From Zootoca vivipara (taxonomy: Eukaryota), in contig NC_083280.1 in NCBI RefSeq assembly GCF_963506605.1, positions 36,704,001 to 36,768,000 of the forward strand: DNA of 64,000 nt, written 5' to 3'. Position numbers and translations under genes: made by a program. Positions 11,091-23,361 of the stretch are shown here, in pieces (the first letter of the stretch is position 1; every line of letters starts with the position of its first letter). The notes beneath the pieces are model-generated. The model was given only the letters and a program-made list of their open reading frames with translations, was not told the origin of the DNA and ran no database searches.

Positions 11091-13862
11091 ACTTCTCTAC
11101 TCGTTCATGGGGGAGAAAACAAGCCAGAGCCTGGCTTGTTGTGGCATGGGCGCATGGGCTTGTGGTTTGTTTTCATGAAACCAACTCTGAGCAATAAGCC
11201 TAGAATAAACCTTTATTATAAACTATGAATTAATACAGCATGCAAACCAAGCTTTGGAATTGATAAAATCTCAGGTAGAATAGATTCATTAGTCCTTAGC
11301 ATCAACAGAAACTTTCCTCCTATTGTGTATAGCTGGTGCAGTCTCCTCCAATCCCACATCAATTCCAATCAGGACCACGGCAGGAGCAAAGGACTAAAGC
11401 ATCCCTCTTCCCCACAGTTCTGATGAGGCTAAGGGGTGTGTGTCAATGTTTGGTTGTTGTTTTAAAAAGCTGCTATGAAATATCTAACTATGGGCTAAAT
11501 CATGTTTAGTATGGAAAAAGTATGGAAGGAGATAAGGAACACTACAAAAAGTTATGAATGTCCAAGGAAACGTGTACACAGACTCTCCAATTGCAGACAA
11601 AACAACAGAATAATAATTGAATAACTTATTCAACTGCCATAAAGAAAAACTTTTCTGGGATCAACTAAACAAATCTACTTTAAAACTCTTCTGACTTGCA
11701 GACCCCATTAAGCGAGCTCATATATAGAAAGCTTAAGGCTCAAGGATCTAGTTTCTTGTTACTGGATCTTACCTACAGTAACTTAAAGCAAACCACATGA
11801 CAAGGCCTGTTTTTTTTGCTTTAGATTTTAAGAGGAAACACTGTTTTGCACAGGCAAACCCTAAATCACATTAACATATATCTTTGTGCTCCACACTTGG
11901 ACATAAACCAGAGAGAATAAATTAAATCAAGCCTAGAACAAGAAGGTAGGCTTATGCCATACCACAGAAATTCAAGGTCATTCTTTAAAGATTTTAAAGA
12001 TTTTAACATAACACATTATGAAGCAGACAAGGAGAGGCAGGGATTTCATTCTTAGAATGAAGGATGCTGAGGAACCCTTGTATTCATTACAATACTGGAT
12101 CATGTCACTCTAGAAGTCTTAACAAAACCGGGGCTTTTTCAAGGGGCTGTTGCATAAAAGAGCTTTAAATCTTTGCAGTTTTAGAAAATACAAAAAGCTC
12201 TCCTCAATTAGCATGGGAAAGTGATTTTTGTTGATTTAAGAGGGGCTCTTGTGAGAACTCCCCCCTTGAGGAGCAAGACAGACAAACAATAGGTGGGTTT
12301 CATTTTCTGAACGCTCAACAGAGTTTGAATTACTAGAAGCAATTCTAGTATTATCTTCATCTTTATAGCTTATGTTCCTTGGGTCTCCTGTAAATTAAAA
12401 CAATTTCTATGTGCCAGTTTTCCTTTCTTTTTAGCAAGTGGGTAGCTTTTTAAAAGTTAGGAATGCTTTATCAGAAATTTAAGCTATCATCCATAATCAT
12501 TCAGATGGGACTTTTGTAAGAAAGCCTTTGTATGTGGACTTGGAAGCATGCAATACTACCGTAGTTTTCCTCTTAACCAAATGTGCACAAAATCACATTT
12601 ATTATATTAATCACCTTCCTTTGACTTACATATTCTGCTTCAATTCACATCTTACCAACAACCATGCATAATATCCACTGAATGACCTGCAGGAACTGGC
12701 ATGATCCTACCGTTCACAATTCTATTCAGTCTCATGGAGCAGAAGATATTTCCAACTTCTATTTTGCAATCCGGTCCATATGTGCATCTTATGGTATGAG
12801 AAGGTGGAAACTGCAAAAATATGTCCCTTTCCTCTCTCACTTGATGCTGTGCCAGGCCAGCAGATTTCTCAATTTTGTTTCCTTGGGGCTTACATCATCA
12901 TTAAAATTTATGCTGCTCCCAACCAACTGATTTTGTTTGAGCTTCACTAAGTTTAATAGTTGAGACACAAATGTAACAAGAGATTTGAGAACTTCTGGAA
13001 CAAACTAAGAAGAAACACAACAAATGTAAATTCTCATGGATACTATTGAACACAAAAAACATAGGAACAAAAATCCTAATGTAGCTAAAATGTGTGCCTT
13101 CAGTTGCCACAGTAGTGCCAAAGGGACCCTTCAGAATGTCTTGTTTCTCTTCCCATTCACTACAATGCAATTCAATTCACTACAATGCAATTCATGACTG
13201 AATAAATTTGTTTACTATGAGGTATGAGGTATTAGGGCAGGGTTGTTAATTGTGTCTACTGCAACAAATCATGCTAAATGATTCTATATCATATAGGCTG
13301 TGAGCCATACATTTAAAGCGGATTTCTCATCTCCAAAGAAATTTGGGAACTGTAGTTTACCTTGAAGACAGTTGCAATTCTCAGCCCCCTTCACTACAGT
13401 TCCCAGGATTCCTTTTTTTGGGGGGGGGAGATTATAAAGTTTGAATGTATGGTTTGAATGTGTGTATGATTATAAAGTTTGAATGTATGGTGTGTACACA
13501 GCATTTCATAGCTAATTAAAGGAAGCTAAGGAAGAGATCCTGCATCTAAGAACTAGATAACTCTGACTAATTTCATGTTGCTTTTTGCATCTTTTAAAAA
13601 CAGGCAAGCTGATATCAAATTGTCTTATATTATGCTGCTCCTATCTTTGCTCTTCTTTTGCACATCTAAGTTACATTGCCTATAGGCATGTACTTCACTT
13701 TTCAAGCAATCCGGATAAAAGTCAAGTAGAATTAATCGGAACCATGAAAAACGCAGAGCTGAAAGAGGAAGTGAGAAAGTGCACCTCTTACAACTTCCTT
13801 CTTCAGCTCTATGTACTTTTTCAAGAGAGAAAAAGGGAGCAGGGAGGGGGGTAGCCTTAGAG

Positions 13863-14183
13863 CAGGGGTCAGCAAACTTTTTCAGCAGGGGGCCGGTCCA
13901 CTGTCCCTCAGACCTTGTGGGGGGCCGGACTATATTTTGAAAAAAAATATGAACAAATTCCTATGCCCCACAAATAACCCAGAGATGCATTTTAAATAAA
14001 AGGACACATTCTACTCATGTAAAAACACCAGGCAGCCCCCACAAATAACCCAGAGATGCATTTTAAATAAAATGACACAGTCTACTCATGTAAAAACATG
14101 CTGATTCCTGGACCATCCGCGGGCCGGATTTAGAAGGCAATTGGGCCGCATCCGGCCCCTGGGCCTTAGTTTGGGAACCCCTA
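13863..14183. mobile_element. hAT-Charlie-like MITE
   Basis: CAGGGGTCAGCAAACT ... AGTTTGGGAACCCCTA; near-perfect 8-bp TSD (C/G)CTTAGAG; internal duplication; inverted sister copy at 63382-63948. Confidence 0.85.
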
Positions 14184-15861
14184 GCTTAGAGGCTTTATGG
14201 GAATCAAGTGAACCTCAAGGACACCGCTGTGCAAAAAGCATCATGCTAGCTTTTGCTGGGCAATATAGCTAGAATTGACACCATCTATCTGAAGGCAAAG
14301 CATAATAAATTAGTTTCAAATTTTAAAATCCATTATTAATTACAAAGACAACCACTGGACATTCTCATAATCCATCAGTTATTTTTCAAATTTCGGTAAT
14401 TACTAATCCGACTCAATACAAGGCTTCTCCAACCTAGTGCCCTCCATCTGTACTGGTCTCCAACTCCCATCAGCCCCATAAAGCATGGTCAGGAATGATG
14501 AGAACTGTAGTCCAAAAGATTAGATGGCACCAGGTTGGGGAATGCTACTCTAGGCACTTTAGTGGGTTGAACAAGGTCACCAAGAATGCAAAGGGACCTA
14601 GAGACCTCTGCATCTACTACAGTCCTCCAGGAGTAGATTCCCACCCCTACAGTGTCGTTCACAGGTCCAGAAGTTTATGAACTACTTACTGAAAATACAC
14701 ACTAGACACTGCATCCTGAAGGCACCATTACATAGAGTAACTGAGCACACAAAAGGCTGTGGAGCCTCGGAGAAGGCCTTAATCACTTAAGAGTCCCTTC
14801 TGGAGTCCTGACTTTAAAATCCAATAACTGTGTCTGAGAATTCTGAAGTTTGGCACCAACTCTAAAAGCAATTGTCCACATTATCTAAAACATACTCAAA
14901 AACAGCATACTGCACTAAAATTTATGAACCACGAAGGGGGAGAGAAATCACGACAGTGTAATAAACCATCAGCACAGAATTAGTAAAATGATATGTTTTA
15001 TTAGACTACTGAGTGTTTAGAAATATAGTAAACATTCATCCTTTCAAATCTTTAGGCATGAATATTCAGAGCAAACATGCAATAAAGATCTAGTTATTTC
15101 AGGTCCTGGTATGTCACTGCTCATCCTATGACAACAAATACTGCCAAAGATTCATTTTGCTACATCAACATACTTTTACATCTAGAGTTGGTAAGCATAT
15201 TTCAAATTTGTGGGCATCAGAATGAAGCTCTGGCCAGCATTAATTTTCTTCATGCCCTAACAATTTGGCCTCTGGAATTTATCCAGGCACTCTAATCTGC
15301 ACAAAATGATCTTTATCTAAGCTTGAGTTCCACTCTGCCTCGTGATCCCAGATGGTTATAGGCTGCCTCATCAAGAGCAATGGGAACCGTGAAACACATC
15401 TGTATCAGCTGTACATGCACAACTGGAAAACATATTCAGCCATTCTAGCATCTGTCTCTACCACCTCAGACTTAGATATTTAATAAGCTGGAGCATCCTC
15501 AAAGCAGATACAGACAGCCAACTTAACAAAGTAAGCTCCTTCCTCGAGGTTGTTTTCCCTTCAGTAATTGTTACTGTGTAGTCATCTTTTCTCCCTGAGC
15601 ACTATGTTAAAGGACGGTTTTCAGCTAAGAAATAATTGTTCTGCAATATATCACACAACTCCAGGCAGATATATTCAAGGACCATACAACTGATGAGATG
15701 GTGGCATGCAAGAAATCTAAAAAGGTTAAGTATGTACAGTATTCAAAAGATTTTAACACACCTCGGCCTTATACACTAAAAGCTGTGTCTTAATTCAAAT
15801 TAACAGCCATATCTAAATACCAGATCAAAATAGAACAGTAAATATAGATAGTACGTAAGTA

Positions 15862-16084
15862 CAGTCATACCTCAGGATACATCTGTTGCGGGTTGCGTCT
15901 TTTCAGGTTACGGATGCGCCGAACCCGGAAGTCCTGGAACGGGTTACTTCTGGGTTTGGTGCATCCATGACCTGCACGCATGTGCAGAAGCGCCACATTG
16001 CATCATGTGCGTGTAGAGATGTGGCGCTTCATGTTGCAAACGGGCCGCCAGAACAGATCCCGTTCACAACATGAGGTACCACTG
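15862..16084. mobile_element. Tigger/pogo-type MITE
   Basis: TA|CAGTCATACCTCA ... TGAGGTACCACTG|TA. Confidence 0.82.
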
Positions 16085-17169
16085 TAGCTCAAATTCAGAA
16101 GCTCAAACTTAATGGAAAATAAGACACCTAACAAGCACTGGCTCTCTTCACACGTTAGAATGCTAAACCATTGTTTGGTGCTACCGTACACCAACAAATA
16201 TTCTGTTCCCTCACACACCAATTCAATAAATTAGTCTCTCAACAACTGCAGCACCCTGAAATGCCTTTCCACAGGAGAGGTAGGAATGTGGTGCGCAGGT
16301 GACTGCCATGGGTTAAGAGAATAGCTGAAAATCAGGTAGAAACAGCTCAGTTGAGTGGGCATTTGGATACAATTTATCAGGCAGTGATAGAGATGTGAAT
16401 ATATGCTAGAGCTTTTCTGAGTTTCCCTCCCAGCTTTTGCCCCCCAAAATGCTTTTGAAAAGCGCATTTTATAAGCTGTTTGGGTATTCAGTAATGAAAG
16501 CTGCTGAAAGGGAAATTTCGAGTACTCCAGAAACAACTTTCAGTATCTGTGCATAAATCATTAGATACAGTACCTATCTTTAATTAAAACTTTACAGTAC
16601 ATTATTACCAGAAGACTCCTCAATACCATCTGTGCAGTAAGAGATAGGATGGCATTGAAAATGTTAGGTGAAGAGATGCTACGACAATTATAGCAAGAAT
16701 TATAAAGAAAACAGGCTTTTTCACTTTTTGTTTTGTAATTTCTCTGTGATATAATATTATCTGCACAAGTCCACAGGAAAGCACAGTTACAGCTGAAGTA
16801 AATAGCATAGATATGCAGCAGGACCAGACAACTGGCGATGTACAGGCAGAAGTACTACTGACATGCCTGGACCCCCCAAGCTATTTTTAGAATCTTAAAG
16901 GTTCTGGCTTTGTAATGATTTCCGTCATCCTTGTTCCATAGACAAGTTTGAAAAAGTGAAGATAATTATGTTACTAGGATTATGAAGATGTGAGTAAAGG
17001 AAATCTTGTAATAATCTTAGTGACCGACCAGAGAAAATGTCCTGTAACCATTGTTTGATAGCTTTAAAAGAGAGAAGTTATGAACTTTTGAAGTTGCCAC
17101 ATCAGTCTAACTGGGAAGTTCTGAATTGCCTTGTGTACACCTACACAAGACTGGAGTGGATTTACACCA

Positions 17170-17321
17170 CTGGATAGCTCAATTGATCAGAGCATGGTAC
17201 CGGTACTGATAATGCCACAGTCACAAGTTCAATTCCCACGTAGGACAGCTGCATATTCCTGCATTGCAAGAGGTTGGACTAGATGATCCTTTGAGTCATT
17301 TCTAACTCTATGATTCTATGA
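17170..17321 (+). mobile_element. tRNA-derived SINE with CR1-type tail (Squam3-like)
   Basis: A-box-like TAGCTCAATTG, B-box-like GTTCAATTCC, then CR1 3' end with CTATGATTCTATGA. Confidence 0.7.
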
Positions 17322-17329
17322 AGAATATT

Positions 17330-17535
17330 TTGTTGTTGTTGTTGTTGGTTAGTCATGTCCGACTCTTTGTGACCCCATGGACCAGAGCACGCCAGGCACT
17401 CCTGTCTTCCACTGCCTCCCGCAGTTTGGTCAAACTCATGTTGGTAGTTTTGAGAACACTGTCCAACCATCTTGTCCTCTGTCGTACCCTTCTAGTGCCC
17501 TCAATCTTTCCCAGCATCAGGGTCTTTTCCAGGGA
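17330..17535 (-). mobile_element. RTE-BovB 3' fragment
   Basis: SLEKTLMLGKIEGTRR...RWLDSV; (CAA)n tail. Confidence 0.9.
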
Positions 17536-19472
17536 TTTTATCCATTTACAACTGTGAAAACTTTCCCACAAGACATTGTGTGTACCTAGTCCCAATCCGA
17601 TGAGTCTGAGATATACACAACCCTATCAAGTAGAACTGCTAGGCAAACATACAGGAACACATTGTAACACCCCTCTTTCTGCAGTTATACCCATCCTACA
17701 AAATTTAAGATGAATCCGTCTTCTGTCAGTTTCTTATTTAATCATGCTTAGCACCTTTCCTCCACATAAGTGACTCTTTACTTCCATGACATCCTGGTCA
17801 AAATCTACTCTCAGCCCCCCCTGAAACTATAGAAAGCCTCTGTGACCTCAGATAAATTACCTAGTTTAAGGCAGCATCTGGATAGCCAGCATCTGGCTAA
17901 AAACTAAATGTTGTTAATAATATAAATTTCCAAGCTATGAAATAAGACTTGTACTGTACAGAGAACAGTGTTATACTGTAGCAAATTTATAAACAAAATG
18001 TGAAAAACTCTTTCCTTCTTTGACAGAAGTAAAATCACCTACATCAAACTATCTTTATGTATATTTGCAAATTTCAGTTTTGAAAATTGCTTACTTTAAT
18101 TATCATTTCTCCCCATCCCAACATCTAGTTAACCAGAGACTCATAAATATGCACTTGTCTAGTCACCTGTGGTAAGTAAGCATTTCAATGAGAAAACCAG
18201 ACAGTTATATTTTAATTTTTGTAACTTAGTAGAGACAGCGGGAGGAACATTAATGTATACATGAACAAATGAGTTAATAATAATTATTTTGAGCTAGTAA
18301 CTTTTGCAGACATATTTTCAGGACTGCTTACTCCTGAGTAAAATATGTCTTTGTAAGAGTCTGCGAATATGTACAAATCAACAGCTTCAATAATAGGTAT
18401 CTGGATATACAATGTGCCATTCAAAGGTTTTCAAATTCATTTTTTGAAAATATATATTGGAATAAATTGATGTGTTATGGCACGTAAAATTTTGTTAATG
18501 TTACTTATATTTTAGATTGAGATTTCACAATTTTATTATATTCCATTAACAAGGTTTAAGTGTGTACAGGACTAGGGTGACAAAATGAAGGACATCACTG
18601 ACCCTTCCACCCAAAAGCACATTTACTGAAGAATTTTAGTGTTCACTTTAGAGTGTAGGCAAAATCTGCCATATTTTGGTAAATTTCATAAAGCAGTCAT
18701 GCTGTGGCAATTAGATACAGTAAAATTAAATATGCAAGGACAAGATAAATAAATTAACATAAGGGATAAAGTGTTTACCCAGTCAAGTCTTAATGATTTA
18801 GTATCTTGCAGCATGAACTTCTAGGACAGGGCTGCATAAAATAATTTATTGTGTATGCACGGTACAAGCAGTACCACAAACAAACCCAAGTAGCACGTAA
18901 AAAGGCTTGAGTCTGAACTGAGTGCGACCGTCACTATTTGCAAAACACACCCACCCTCCAAGGAAAGACTGCTGCTGGCCTTGGTTCTGGGCTTCTCCCG
19001 CTCCCTCCTCCTTCACCATGAAGTGGTTTGGGTGGCTTTTGGGTGGAAAACGTAAACGTCTCACCCGGGCAGTTGCAAAGAGCGGTTTTGGGAATTTGCA
19101 CCGTGAAGCACATTTGAAGCTATTAGGTCCCCCCTCCCTCCCCCAGCCACGTATTTTGTTTCCACCCCGAAACCCAAACCCAGCCTCCTCTCATAAAGCC
19201 CTCGCAAGGCGAGTCGCTGTGCAGCCTTAGCAGAGCAAGGCCGTACAAGGAACGAAGGCAGGACCAGCCGGGGAGCGGCGGGGAAGAGGGTGCCTGGCCA
19301 GAGCCGGGCGGCGACGCTCCCCACCCACCGACTGCACGGCCCTCTCGGGGTCTCCCTCCCCTCCCGGAGGAAGCCGAGCCTGGACGGAGACACCGCGGGG
19401 TCCCTCCCCCCGCCCCCCTCGCAGGCAGGCGCGCACGCGGAGAGGCAGCAGCAGCCGCCGCCCCTCACTCAC

Positions 19473-19683
19473 CGATGAGGCGCCGCACCTCCTCTTGGCT
19501 CATGTAGACGCTCAGGCCGGGCCCAGCGGGGGCGGCGGGAAGGGGCGCTTCGACGGACCCCCCGGGAGCCTCGGAGGCCGACGCCGCCGACAGCAGGAGC
19601 AGCAGGGAAGGGAGGAGGAGGCGGCAGGGCAGCCTCGCCTCAGCCGCGCCGCAGCTTCCATCCCCCCGGCCACCCCGCACCAT
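19473..19683 (-). CDS. RYK: RYK coding exon 1 (signal peptide, start of WIF domain)
   Basis: ATG in strong context (gcgATGG) encodes MVRGG...LLLPSLLLLLS...GPGLSVYMSQEEVRRLIG, matching human RYK GPSVSLYLSEDEVRRLIG. Ends G|gtgagt; 211 nt, phase 1. Confidence 0.93.
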
Positions 19684-19751
19684 CGCTCGCTTCCCGGCTC
19701 CCTCGGCGGGGCGGGGAGGGAACCCGGGGCCCCTCCCCACCCGCGAGCACC

Positions 19752-19820
19752 TCACACTCGGCGGCGGCCGCTCATGCTCCGGCCGCGGCGCGCGCCCGCG
19801 CTCTCAGGGCCGGGAGTCAT
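19752..19820 (-). other. Candidate upstream ORF in RYK 5' leader (MTPGPESAGARRGRSMSGRRRV*)
   Basis: Two in-frame ATGs (19820, 19775), TGA at 19752-19754, out of frame with RYK. Depends on the TSS position. Confidence 0.5.
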
Positions 19821-21174
19821 GGAGCAGCCTCTTTTCTTTTCTCTCTCTCTCTCGCTTTCCCTCCGTGCGCGCGCGCCCCCCTTTTTCCGGCCGCCCCTCC
19901 GGCGGAGCAGAGTCAGGCGAGCGAGCGAGGCCTATCCCCCAGTCCAGTGCGCGTGCGCCGGCGGACGCGACAGCCCGCCTCTTTTTCCTCCCGCGCTTGC
20001 GCAAAAGGGCCCACAAGGAGCAGGCGGGCTCCTGCGAGCTGGAGGTCGGGTTTTTTCATGTTCACCGCGCCCCCTCCCTTCTGTATCCGTGACGTCCCAT
20101 TTCACCGAACGCTTAGATTCACCTCCCGGAGATGGGATCCTGTGCGCAATTTCTCTGGGAGTAAGTAAACGCATATTGGATTGTGCTGTTTACCTCTCTG
20201 GTAAGAGTGAGGGCAACTCAGCTGCAAAGCTGATTTTTTAAATTCCTGCGAAGGAACCTGCTCTGTGTAGGAGCAGTGCACCGTGTCATCACCGATTTCT
20301 GACGTTGCGAAGGGTCGTTTTGCGTATATATTAAGTGCTGATTGAATTGTCACTGGCTGCACTTCCGCATTTCATTGCTGTTAACTGGAGAATGACACTC
20401 CGTGCACTTGATGAAGCGAGTTCAATCTGATCCACCGAAAAATATTATACTATGATAAAATTCGTTAGTCTTTAAGGCGCCGCTGCAAGACTGTTGTTTT
20501 TCTTCTACACCGTTATGTATGAGAGAACCAATGTTTGTATAAAACCATAACAAAAAGAAATAAATATGAAAAGAACAACATGCCTGCTGAATAAAATAAA
20601 TTGCCAATAAACATAAAGTGAGTTCTACTGTCATCATTCTCATTATTGGAGGTAGCCCCACCATATTGCTTTGGGGAGTGCTGGTGGCCTAGGGAGACTG
20701 AGATTTATTAATATAATGAATGGAAACAATGTACTGGTAACATCAAAATCATTTCGTCTTGCTTTACCCTCAATGACTCACCTTTGTTGGATCCAATGTC
20801 CAGATAACGCTATGTCCCGAATCAGGTTGTACCATCCCTCCTTTGTGGGCACAGAGGCCCCCTCCCCCAATGACTAGCTAGTTCCAGCCACACTGCAGCC
20901 AGTAGCATTATTACTAGCACTTCCAGTCAGGAAGAGTGCTAGAATCAGATCTAAGTACAGGCTCAATCAACTTGCACATGACCGCATATATGTGCGGCAC
21001 CAAGGAATGAAATACATTCAACTCCTGCAGTACAGAGAGAGCTGGAGAGTCCAAGTGGCTTGCAAGGAGACCGTCCTTGGAGCCCAAAGAGGGCGTCAGT
21101 GAGGGCAGAGGAAGCCCTGAAGAGACTGGAGGCACAGTGGGGCTTTGTTTAGGCTGCTCACTCAGCCTCCTTGC

Positions 21175-21333
21175 CAGGGCCGGCTCTAAGGCAAGGCTGG
21201 GTGGCGCAAGGCGCCGGGCCGCCAGGGGGCGCCACGTTGCTGTGCCCGCGGCAGCCGTGCTGAGAAACGGGGCGGGGGGGGGCACTGGAGGGATCTCTGC
21301 GCCAGGGCGCCAGATATGCTTAAGAAGGCACTG
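21175..21333. mobile_element. GC-rich hAT (Tip100-like) MITE
   Basis: CAGGGCC...GGCACTG ends; perfect 8-bp TSD CTCCTTGC; sister copy at 33564. Confidence 0.88.
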
Positions 21334-21693
21334 CTCCTTGCCTAACCGCTGATGTGTGGGGTAGCACAGCAGCAGCCACTTTTCCTTGTGTCCTCCAGCC
21401 GGCCTCAGAGCTACAATTCTAGTTGTGGATATTTTTGGATACAGTGTTTTTGGTCTGGATTGCAGACAGGGTGTTTAAAGGGTGCTCCCTCATGTACATG
21501 GGAGGACGCCTGCAGAGGTTTTGGCTGGTCATTTTGCCTAGTTCCAAAAATGCCTTCCAAAAATTTTGTTGTTACATTGTAAAAGGACTAAACTGGTGTT
21601 TAAAATTGTTTTTATTTTTGCCATTTTTGCCTGCTGCGTCATCAGAGCATTTATTCCGCAATATAAATGTTTTAGGGATAATAAAGTAAAATA

Positions 21694-21951
21694 GATCGTG
21701 AAGCTGAGGCTCCAATACTCTGGCCACCTCATGAGAAGAGAAGACTCCCTGGAAAAGACCCTGATGTTGGGAAAGATTGAGGGCACTAGGAGAAGGGGAC
21801 GACAGAGGACGAGATGGTTGGACAGTGTTCTCGAAGCCACCAACATGAGTTTGACCAAACTGCGGGAGGCGGTGGAAGACAGGAGTGCCTGGCGTGCTGT
21901 GGTCCATGGGGTCGCGAAAAGTCGGACACGACTGAACGACTAGACAACAAC
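21694..21951 (+). mobile_element. RTE-BovB 3' fragment
   Basis: KLRLQYSGHLMRREDSLEKTLMLGK; TSD AAAGTAAAATA. Confidence 0.92.
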
Positions 21952-23225
21952 AAAGTAAAATAAAGGATTGTGTTTTCAGCCACTGCTACACAGCACTGGT
22001 TGCATTTTTCTGAATCGGGCCCACTTTATGGTTGCAACAGCGACTTAGCAGTGTATTAAAAGCTCATATTTGGTCAGGTTTCTACTGATCTAATTTATAC
22101 AATCTACTTTCTCTTAGCAAATTGTCTTTAATGAGCCAGGCGGGCAAGGCAGCTTTCATCAGAGGACAGTTATGCTCTGAACACATCAGGGCAGAGATTT
22201 TTTTTTATTTGTTTATTTAGTAAGCCTGTTTATTCCCAGAATTTTTTCCAGGATGGATGTGGGGTAGAAAAACCCAAGCATTCAGGCAGTATTTCACACA
22301 CAGCAGATTCTGGAGAAAGCATTCTAGGAACATTAAGAACATTAATTGAAGGCTATAACTGTTACTGCAACTGAATTAAATAAGCAGATGCATGTGGTCT
22401 GAAGCTGGAAAAGAGCAGAGCATCTGCACATTATTACAGCCTGTGGTCGGGAGCCTACATACCATTCTTTTGTTTGCCTTATAAGGGGAGCGGTGTGTGG
22501 TGTAATGGTGCTAAGCATGAAAGAGCTTTTCCTCTGGGATTTTACATGTGGCCATTGCCTATGCGCCTATTTCTGTATGTGTCTGGAATCTTGGCCAGGC
22601 TGCAAGGTAGTCTGAATATTAATTCATCCTACATTTCTGAAGCATTTTCATGGTAAATAGATGACAAAGCCATTGATTGTCCCGACTGCTAGCTGAGCAT
22701 TACGTTTCCAATTATACACATGATTCTGTTTTATGTTTAACCGACTAGAGCATAATTTGGTGGAAAAGAAAAAATGTCTCTTTCTCCCCTGCTCCTTGTC
22801 CTCCTCCCTCAAAGGAAAAACGACAACATTGCAGACAAACAGTGCCCTCCAGCCTGCTTAGTTCTGCAGCTCAAAATTTGACATACTCAAAGGCAAATGC
22901 AATTGCTAAAAGGGCATTGCTATTATCGAGGAGACAGTGAATATACTATACTTGTATCTTGTCCATCCTTCAAGGAGATCAAAGTGGCATTTTAGTTTCA
23001 CAATAACCCTGTGAGGTAGCTAGGGTTGCCATAGGTTTTCCAGGACACAGCCTCTTTTTCATGAGTATGTAAAATGAGAGTCGTAGTAGTGATCCATAGT
23101 TAAAAGTAGAAGTCGGCAAATGTGTCCTCTTTTTTGCTCTTCAAAATATGTCAAAATATGTCAACCCTTCAGTGAACATCAGTGTCATGTCCTGGGCTAA
23201 ATAGCTGGATTAGTTCTATCTAACC

Positions 23226-23361
23226 CAGGCATCCCCAAACTTCGGCCCTCCAGATGTTTTGGACTACAATTCCCATCATCCCTCACCACTGGTCCTATTA
23301 GCTAGGGATCATGGGAGTTGTAGGCCAAAACATCTGGAGGGCCGCAGTTTGGGGATGCCTG
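23226..23361. mobile_element. Palindromic hAT MITE
   Basis: TIR CAGGCATCCCCAAACT; perfect TSD ATCTAACC; sister copy at 54619-54754. Confidence 0.9.

Larger units (their letters stand above)
18900..20330. promoter_or_regulatory. RYK: CpG island / RYK promoter and first exon
   Basis: Very GC- and CpG-rich stretch around exon 1. NRF1-like TGCGCGTGCGC 19948-19958 and GCGCTTGCGCA 19993-20003; CRE-like TGACGTC 20090-20096. Boundaries approximate. Confidence 0.9.

Noticed and set aside
17170-17250. tRNA gene
   Set aside because: Degenerate tRNA-like head fused to a CR1 tail, i.e. a SINE
19684-19755. ORF-track N-terminus MRCSRVG... for RYK
   Set aside because: Starts at GTG; the ATG at 19683 has strong context and gives a leader comparable to human RYK
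19495-20241. 248-aa plus-strand ORF
   Set aside because: Antisense to RYK exon 1 within a CpG island; low-complexity Arg/Pro/Gly sequence expected from stop-poor GC-rich DNA
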